Assembly (NCBI GenBank): GCA_964558645.1
Contig: CAZLEV010000001.1
Location: 317,568-381,567 of the forward strand
DNA length: 64,000 nucleotides
Direction: 5' to 3'
From: an uncultured archaeon
Lineage (GTDB): Archaea > Asgardarchaeota > Thorarchaeia > Thorarchaeales > Thorarchaeaceae
The notes beneath the pieces were generated by a model. It did not search any database, had not been told where the DNA came from, and worked only from the letters and a program-made list of their open reading frames with translations. Within the stretch, counting starts at the first letter, position 1. Each line of letters opens with the position of its first letter. The translations under genes and the position numbers were made by a program. Below, piece after piece: positions 57,807-64,000 of the stretch.

Positions 57807-59195
57807 ATGGCTATGCAAGAGTACGATCTCATTGTTATAGGTGGAGGAACTGGAAACCATATTACCTGTGAGGGACAGAAGGCAGGCTTGGCCGTAGCTC
57901 TGATTGAGCCCGGCCCGCTGGGTGGCACATGCTTGAATCGGGGTTGTGTCCCGAGTAAGATGCTCATCTATCCTTCTGATGTGATAATGGAGGCAGAGCG
58001 GGCAAAGTCGATAGATACAAATCTGACTTACAAAGGTACAGACTTTCGGTCACTTATGGAACGTGTGGTTGAGCGCGCAGAAAGGGCTAGCCGGAAGAAA
58101 GCTGAATACGTGAATGCAGCTGATAACTACCACTGGTTTCAGAAGGAGTGCGAGTTCATAGATGAGTACGTACTTGATGTGAGTGGGCAAGAGATTACTG
58201 CGCCCCAGATTGTGATTGCCTCAGGAACGCGGCCTGTGGTTCCTCCGATTGACGGGTTGAAATCCGTAGACTACCTGGATAACAGGTCGGTTCTCAATCT
58301 TCGTGAACAACCCAAGTCCATTGCCATGATTGGCGGAGGGTACATTGCAGTTGAGTACGGGCACTTCTTCAGTGCTATAGGTACCGACGTGACAATAATC
58401 GGGCGAAGTTCACATCTCGTGGAAAACGAGGACGAGGAGGCCTCCGAGATCCTTGAAAAGAACCTTTCAAGGCGAATGAGGGTTCTCACATCACATGAGG
58501 CTGTGAAGGTTTCGCAGAGCGGATCCATGAAACATGTCACTGCAGTAAATGTAGACAGTGGGGAGGAATTGGAAGTGGAGGTTCAAGAAGTGATGTTGGC
58601 TGCTGGACGGCGCCCCAATTCCGACAGAGTAAAGCCCGAGAATTCTGGAGTCAAGATCGATGACCATGGATTTGTCGAAACTGATGAGTATCTTCGAACG
58701 AACAAGAAGGGAATCTGGTCAGTGGGCGATGCAAACGGTAGGTACCCCCTGAAACACGTCGGAGACCGTGAGGCCGAGATAGTGTGGGAGAATATCCATA
58801 GAACAAGAGCTGGAAGGACCGATCTCGTGGCGATGGACTACTCTGCTATCCCTCGTGCGGTCTTTAGTGATCCACCGATTGCGAGAGTTGGCCTCACTTT
58901 GAACGAGGCAAGGAAATCGAAGACGAAAATCATGGTTGGTGTTTCAAACTACACCGATGTTGCAAAAGGCGATGCACTGGGGGGACCACCCGGCTTCTGT
59001 AGAATCATCGTTGATAGCCAAAGCGACCGGATACTGGGTGCAACCATAGTCGGCCCTGATGCTCCGCACCTGATACAATGTATCGTCAACGTCATGCACA
59101 TCGGGGACAGGTCTTACAAGCCACTGGCTGATGCCATCTACATCCATCCCGCACTTCCCGAAGTTGTGAGGGATGCGGCACGGAGCATTCAGTGA
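57807..59195 (+). CDS. Flavoprotein disulfide reductase (mycothione reductase-like), paralogue of 43456-44886
   Basis: GGGTG, GGTCLNRGCVPSK, GGGYIAVE, LKHV..E, YIHPALPE. Confidence 0.88.
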   Translation: MAMQEYDLIVIGGGTGNHITCEGQKAGLAVALIEPGPLGGTCLNRGCVPSKMLIYPSDVIMEAERAKSIDTNLTYKGTDFRSLMERVVERAERASRKKAEYVNAADNYHWFQKECEFIDEYVLDVSGQEITAPQIVIASGTRPVVPPIDGLKSVDYLDNRSVLNLREQPKSIAMIGGGYIAVEYGHFFSAIGTDVTIIGRSSHLVENEDEEASEILEKNLSRRMRVLTSHEAVKVSQSGSMKHVTAVNVDSGEELEVEVQEVMLAAGRRPNSDRVKPENSGVKIDDHGFVETDEYLRTNKKGIWSVGDANGRYPLKHVGDREAEIVWENIHRTRAGRTDLVAMDYSAIPRAVFSDPPIARVGLTLNEARKSKTKIMVGVSNYTDVAKGDALGGPPGFCRIIVDSQSDRILGATIVGPDAPHLIQCIVNVMHIGDRSYKPLADAIYIHPALPEVVRDAARSIQ

Positions 59196-59241
59196 ATAGA
59201 GAAAGTCCTGTGGCGAGTGTCTTCCTTGTACAGTCGACGTT

Positions 59242-59838
59242 CTAGTCTTGTATCTCATCTAGTCGACGTTCAATCCTCTGGATTTGCTCCTGTAGCTTGC
59301 TGACCATATTCTTCAGGTCTTCAAGATCGCTGCTGGACGTGAGTCGTGTCTGAGACGCCTGTGAGAACTGGGGGTCCAATCCGGCTCCGACGTAGCGCCT
59401 CATGCCTGTTCCCCGAACTCCACCCCGGCCGCCGCCTCTTCCTCTCCCCAATCCGTATCCTCCACCCATACCCATTCCAATGCTCTGTCCCGTAGGTGAA
59501 GCGGTTGGCTTTTCGGCCTGTACATTGCCGCTCTTGAACTGCTCCACTGCCTCCTTCACGGTACCTGACGTTCCCAATGCCACCTCAAGCCCGGCAGCCG
59601 CGAGTGCCTGAGTCGCATTTGGGCCGAGGCTCCCAGTGAGAACAGCCTGTGCTCCTCTTTGGGCCACCATCTGTGCGGCCTGAATGCCTGCTCCTCCTGA
59701 GGCCATTGCTGCGGTGTTCTGAATCGCCTCTGCATGCATGGTATCAGTTTCAACAATCAAGAAATACTGGCATCTTCCGAAACGTGGATCAACTTGGGAG
59801 TTGATATCTGGTCCTGTAGATGATACTGCTACTTTCAT
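59242..59838 (-). CDS. NifB/NifX (FeMo-co binding) family protein with Gly/Arg-rich tail and coiled coil
   Basis: VDPRFGRCQYF, GGAGIQAAQ, GPNA; GMGMGGGYGLGRGRGGG; C-terminal heptads. Confidence 0.9.
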   Translation of the reverse strand: MKVAVSSTGPDINSQVDPRFGRCQYFLIVETDTMHAEAIQNTAAMASGGAGIQAAQMVAQRGAQAVLTGSLGPNATQALAAAGLEVALGTSGTVKEAVEQFKSGNVQAEKPTASPTGQSIGMGMGGGYGLGRGRGGGRGGVRGTGMRRYVGAGLDPQFSQASQTRLTSSSDLEDLKNMVSKLQEQIQRIERRLDEIQD

Positions 59839-60201
59839 TGTTACTCTCTCTTCTGTTCCGAACTTCGCATCGTTATCTAATTATAGAAACATGCACAAAA
59901 TAAGATAAGGCTTGTGTTGTCACAGAAGAGCTTCAGAATCTTGAATACCACCGGATAGACCTTCCGTATCAGTGGTTATCTGGCTGTTTCTTGTGAAGCA
60001 ATAGAGCCCGGATTCGTTTGTCATGTAGTTTCTGCTCTGTGGCCGCGTCGTCGCCTCTGAAAGTATGTCTGCATGGCCTATTTCTGGTGCCCGAAGGTGT
60101 TCTGAAATTATGTGAGAACTCCTAAGGCTCGATTGAATATCTTTAACTCGATGTCTTCCATAGGTTACGGGTGGATGAAACTGAGCTCGGCGTTGACAAG
60201 T

Positions 60202-61782
60202 ATGCAAGGCACCAGAATCAGTCTAGTGAGTGTCACCGTTAGTCTGCTACTTCTCCCTCTCCTCCTCTTTCCAGTTCAGGTTGTATCACCCACCGTCAAT
60301 CAGCGGTTGCCATGTTGCCCTTCCATAGTGAGTCAGGAGCAATTCGAGATGACTTGGGCCTCTCGCGAAACACCTGAGCCACAGCTTGTCGAGGATGGAA
60401 TCTCGTTGGTTGGAGATGGAATCAGGATGAATGTGACATATCTGGGTGAGGCTCAGTCCATGAATGTCACGTTCACCTCGTCAATTGACTTCTGCAGCTA
60501 TGATCAGCTCGTGAAACCCAATGATGAATACAGTGCATTTTCAGGATCCATTGACACCACCCAGTTCGCATGGGAACGCATTGAGGGCATCCAGATGGGG
60601 GATGTTGTCGATCTCAGATGCGCCTTTTCGGGCGGGAATAGTGATGTTATGGCTTGGTGGGCTGATACAGAGAACTACACATGGACATACGAGAACAACA
60701 TAATTGAAGACTCAATGGTCACTGCGGCCAATCCCGAGACCGCTACCTTTCAGCCTGACAGGTCTGGTACATTGATGGTGGGAATCTACAACACTCAGAA
60801 GCAGGGAGGCATCTATACCCTAAACGCAAGCTCTACGACCACGTTCTTCGAAAGCAACGACAACAGCATTCTGATTAACGCATCTGTATGGGGGATAGCG
60901 ACGACCACTAACATGTCTGTCGCCGCGCGCGACAACCTTGGTAGTATGGCCTATGCTTCAAGGTATAGTCTGTATGTTGAGAACTTCTTTAGACCCGAGG
61001 TCTCCCATGTGGAGGTCTCGGGGAATGAGACGGCCAAGATGATCAGTTGGAACCTGAGTGACCGGAACACACTCGAAAGCCACTTTGCAGAGGTATACCT
61101 GTCGGCGGATCTTGGTGTGACCTACCAGCTGCTAGCCTCTGGCATAGCCGAAGACCGATTCTTCATGGACTTCTCAGGTTTTTCATATCGAGAGGACTAC
61201 AGGATACGAATCCGTATCACTGACAGTCGAGGACTTAGGGATACTGGAGAGTCCGAACCCTTTTCGGCAGGCGACTTGTCTTTGTCAGTTGAATGGAATC
61301 TGACATGGAATGGTTCTTCAGGTAACTTCAGTGCTGGGACACCTCTCACATTCAACTGGACTCTCGATTACTACGTTCCTACCAGCACATTCATCGCCTA
61401 TTTCGAGATCTATGTGAATGGAAGCTTCGAAGCAGGATGGTCCGATGGTTATGACGGTGGCCAAGGTCAGGTTCCAATCTCCTATCGATTTGAGGGATTT
61501 CCCTCGGGCCGCCATAATATCACACTCTGGACTGCACTCATGTATCCTTATGTTGAAACACATAGCTCTACTATTGTTAGCGTGATGGCTTCCTCGCCAA
61601 CAAGCAATACAACTCTCACCTGGTCGCCAACAACGGAACCAGGGTCGACAACCCGAGGAACTCCTAGAACGACAACCCCTTCGGAGATTTCTCCGCTTTC
61701 ACTTGCTGTCACAGCTCTAGGCGTGGGAATCATGATCGCGTTCGGCATTCCGCTGTATCGCGAGAGAACCCGATCAAGATGA
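60202..61782 (+). CDS. Secreted/surface glycoprotein with beta-sandwich domains, Thr/Ser-rich linker and C-terminal TM
   Basis: Signal peptide, many N-x-S/T sequons, TTEPGSTTRGTPRTTTP linker, TM followed by basic tail. Confidence 0.75.
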   Translation: MQGTRISLVSVTVSLLLLPLLLFPVQVVSPTVNQRLPCCPSIVSQEQFEMTWASRETPEPQLVEDGISLVGDGIRMNVTYLGEAQSMNVTFTSSIDFCSYDQLVKPNDEYSAFSGSIDTTQFAWERIEGIQMGDVVDLRCAFSGGNSDVMAWWADTENYTWTYENNIIEDSMVTAANPETATFQPDRSGTLMVGIYNTQKQGGIYTLNASSTTTFFESNDNSILINASVWGIATTTNMSVAARDNLGSMAYASRYSLYVENFFRPEVSHVEVSGNETAKMISWNLSDRNTLESHFAEVYLSADLGVTYQLLASGIAEDRFFMDFSGFSYREDYRIRIRITDSRGLRDTGESEPFSAGDLSLSVEWNLTWNGSSGNFSAGTPLTFNWTLDYYVPTSTFIAYFEIYVNGSFEAGWSDGYDGGQGQVPISYRFEGFPSGRHNITLWTALMYPYVETHSSTIVSVMASSPTSNTTLTWSPTTEPGSTTRGTPRTTTPSEISPLSLAVTALGVGIMIAFGIPLYRERTRSR

Positions 61783-62090
61783 GCCACTCTTCACATTTGG
61801 GTCAACACTCATCCCTGAAAATGACATTACTTCTACCTGAGAACTATCCATCTATTAAGATACGCTTCTGCAGCCGCTTTGGTTGACTGCTTTCTCTGAG
61901 CTGCCTCTATGTTACCTTTCTTCACAGTCGTCACCTTCCTCGGGATTCGTAGTCTACTGCAAGTGATACAACGGTGTTCTTCGTAGCACCATTTGTGATG
62001 TTCGTCTTAGCTTCGGGTACATGTTTCCACATCTTCTAGCACCAAGAAGTACTATGGATGGTCACTCCTATTGGCGTTGATGAGAACTTC

Positions 62091-62120
62091 TGACCAGAAG
62101 ACTGACCAGTGCGTGACCAG
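62091..62120. repeat. Three direct repeats of TGACCAG with 12- and 11-bp periodicity
   Basis: Copies at 62091, 62103 and 62114. Confidence 0.5.
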
Positions 62121-62138
62121 AAACAGACAGCTCTACGA

Positions 62139-62177
62139 AAGAAAGCGAAAGAACTCCGGAGCAGACCCCGGAGTCTC
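62139..62177 (-). terminator. Hairpin + U-rich tract after ppdK
   Basis: Minus strand ACTCCGGGG-TCTG-CTCCGGAGT followed by TCTTTCGCTTTCTTT. Confidence 0.6.
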
Positions 62178-62187
62178 TACTAGTTGC

Positions 62188-64000
62188 TTATTCGTTCTGT
62201 TTTGCCTCGATGGCCGCTTGGGCCGCAGCAAGTCGTGCGATTGGCAGTCTGAATGGAGAACAAGACACGTAGTCCAGTCCAATCTCATAGAAGAATTTGA
62301 CGGAGCGTGGGTCTCCTCCATGCTCACCGCAGACTCCAAGCTTGATGTCTGGACGGGTGCTTCTTCCCCTTCTGATAGCCTCCACAATGAGGTTTCCGAT
62401 GCCTCTCTTGTCGATGCTCTGGAATGGATCATTCCTCAGAATGTGTCTATCAAGGTACTCGGGGAGAAACGAGTCAATATCATCCCGGCTGAAACCGAAG
62501 CCCATCTGGGTCAAATCGTTGGTTCCGAATGAGAAGAATTCTGCTGTTTCTGCCATGTCGTTGGCTCTCATGCAGGCGCGAGGCAACTCGATCATCGTGC
62601 CAAGCATGAAGTCGATCTTCTCACCAGTATCCTCTTCGACCTCCCTGTGGGTTTTGTCTACTACCATCTTCATAGTCTTCAACTCTGCAGAGCCGACAGT
62701 GACTGGTATCATAATCTCAAGATGAACCTTCTTTCCTTCCTTCTGGAGCTCGATGGCGGCCTCAAGGATTGCCCTCACCTGCATCTCATAGATTTCGGGG
62801 TAGGTTATCGCAAGGCGAGCACCGCGATGCCCCATCATTGGATTGCTCTCACGTAGACCTTCTCCTCTTCTCCTGACCTCTTCAAGGGTGATGTTAAGCG
62901 CATGGGCCAGTCGCTCCTGCCCAATCTTGCTTTGAGGAACGAATTCATGAAGTGGTGGGTCTAGTAGTCTGATGGTCACCGGCTTATCCTCCATCACGGC
63001 CAATGTCGATCTTATGTCTGCTTTCACATAAGGTTCAAGATCTTCCAACGCAGAGAGCCTCTCTGTCCTTGTCTGGCTCATGATCATCTTTCTCAGAAGG
63101 AAAAGTGGTTCGTCGGACCCCTCGCCATAGAACATATGTTCAGTTCTCAAGAGGCCGATTCCCTCAGCTCCGAAATCCAGAGCTGTCTGAGCATCTTCAG
63201 GGTTATCCGCGTTGGCCCTGACACCCATATCACGATACCTGTCGACAACCTGCATGAAGCGCTGAAGTCTGGGATTCTTGGTCGAGTCCATCATCGGAAT
63301 CTCTTCATCATAGACAAGACCTTGGGTGCCATTGAGTGTGAAGATATCTCCCTCCTTGTATGTCTTGCCTTTGACCGTGACCTTCTTCTGGAATGGGTCG
63401 ATGCGTAGGGCACCCGCACCAACGATGCAACACTTACCCCAACCTCGCGTAACCAAGGCAGCATGGCTGGTCATTCCACCGCGGGCAGTGAGCAGGCCAT
63501 TTGCAGCACGCATTCCCTCTATGTCCTCGGGTGAGGTCTCTTCCCGGATAAGAATAACCTTCTTCCCATCTTCTGCCCATTCAACTGCATCTTCGGATGT
63601 GAACACGATGTGTCCCACCGCTCCCCCTGGTCCTGCGGGAAGCCCCTCTGCAATGGGCTGGGCCTTTGCCTCTTCATCGGGGTCTAGAATTGGATAGAGC
63701 AGCTGCCCAAGCTGATCGGGCTTCAGACGAAGCACCATTGTGGGTTCATCGATGAGCCCCTCTTTGAGCATGTCCATTGCGATGTTGAGCGCCGCTGTAG
63801 CAGTACGTTTTCCAACACGATGTTGGACTAAGAAGAGATTTCCTTCCTGAATTGTGAACTCCAGGTCCAGCATATCCTTGGAGTGTTCTTCCAATGTGTT
63901 TCGAATCTCACATAGTTCCTGGTAAATCTCTGGCATCTTCTCCTCGAGGGTTGGAAGATGTTTGTTCTGCTCATTCTTTGAAGCTTCATTCATCGGATTG
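62188..64000 (-). CDS. ppdK: Pyruvate phosphate dikinase (5' truncated by window edge)
   Basis: ETSPEDI.GM, GGMTSHAA, GIGLLRTEHMF, IRLLDPPLHEF, GTMIELPRA, FSFGTNDLTQ, CGEHGG. Confidence 0.97.
   Translation of the reverse strand, partial: NPMNEASKNEQNKHLPTLEEKMPEIYQELCEIRNTLEEHSKDMLDLEFTIQEGNLFLVQHRVGKRTATAALNIAMDMLKEGLIDEPTMVLRLKPDQLGQLLYPILDPDEEAKAQPIAEGLPAGPGGAVGHIVFTSEDAVEWAEDGKKVILIREETSPEDIEGMRAANGLLTARGGMTSHAALVTRGWGKCCIVGAGALRIDPFQKKVTVKGKTYKEGDIFTLNGTQGLVYDEEIPMMDSTKNPRLQRFMQVVDRYRDMGVRANADNPEDAQTALDFGAEGIGLLRTEHMFYGEGSDEPLFLLRKMIMSQTRTERLSALEDLEPYVKADIRSTLAVMEDKPVTIRLLDPPLHEFVPQSKIGQERLAHALNITLEEVRRRGEGLRESNPMMGHRGARLAITYPEIYEMQVRAILEAAIELQKEGKKVHLEIMIPVTVGSAELKTMKMVVDKTHREVEEDTGEKIDFMLGTMIELPRACMRANDMAETAEFFSFGTNDLTQMGFGFSRDDIDSFLPEYLDRHILRNDPFQSIDKRGIGNLIVEAIRRGRSTRPDIKLGVCGEHGGDPRSVKFFYEIGLDYVSCSPFRLPIARLAAAQAAIEAKQNE

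Noticed and set aside
59242-59838. NifX-like gene as evidence of nitrogen fixation
   Set aside because: This family is widespread in non-diazotrophic anaerobes, and there are no nifHDK genes in the window
1-64000. CRISPR arrays, rRNA/tRNA genes, transposases, integrases
   Set aside because: I saw no regularly spaced repeats, RNA-gene signatures or recombinase motifs; short or intron-split tRNAs could be missed by eye

Overview
Gene-dense archaeal chromosomal segment with about 55 CDS. I see no rRNA, tRNA, CRISPR array or recognisable transposase. The organism is most likely an Asgard archaeon, probably Thorarchaeia. This is an inference from the archaeal-type ThrRS, a tetraether lipid synthase (Tes/GDGT-MAS) homologue, a Rab-like small GTPase, a longin-like protein and a PCI/winged-helix protein. 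Housekeeping content includes NAD salvage (pncA/pncB), GTP-PEPCK, PPDK (partial), ThrRS with threonine catabolic genes, peptidases, DNA repair genes (MPG, UvsE, SPL-like radical SAM), a HEPN-MNT pair and several secreted or membrane-anchored proteins. The best candidate for an undescribed system is at 40725-43379: a Rab-like GTPase converging on a putative operon of a Zn-binding protein, a longin-like protein and a 15-TM protein that reads as two tandem N-out/C-in 7TM units. This would be a possible receptor-GEF-GTPase signalling module. Other notable items are a candidate structured ncRNA with a perfect 18-bp palindrome between convergent genes (2310-2543), a circularly permuted family-5 solute-binding protein, a Mo/W-bisPGD enzyme with a ferredoxin inserted in its last domain, and two mycothione-reductase-like disulfide reductases. 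All assignments are by eye from motifs; no database searches or folding programs were run.
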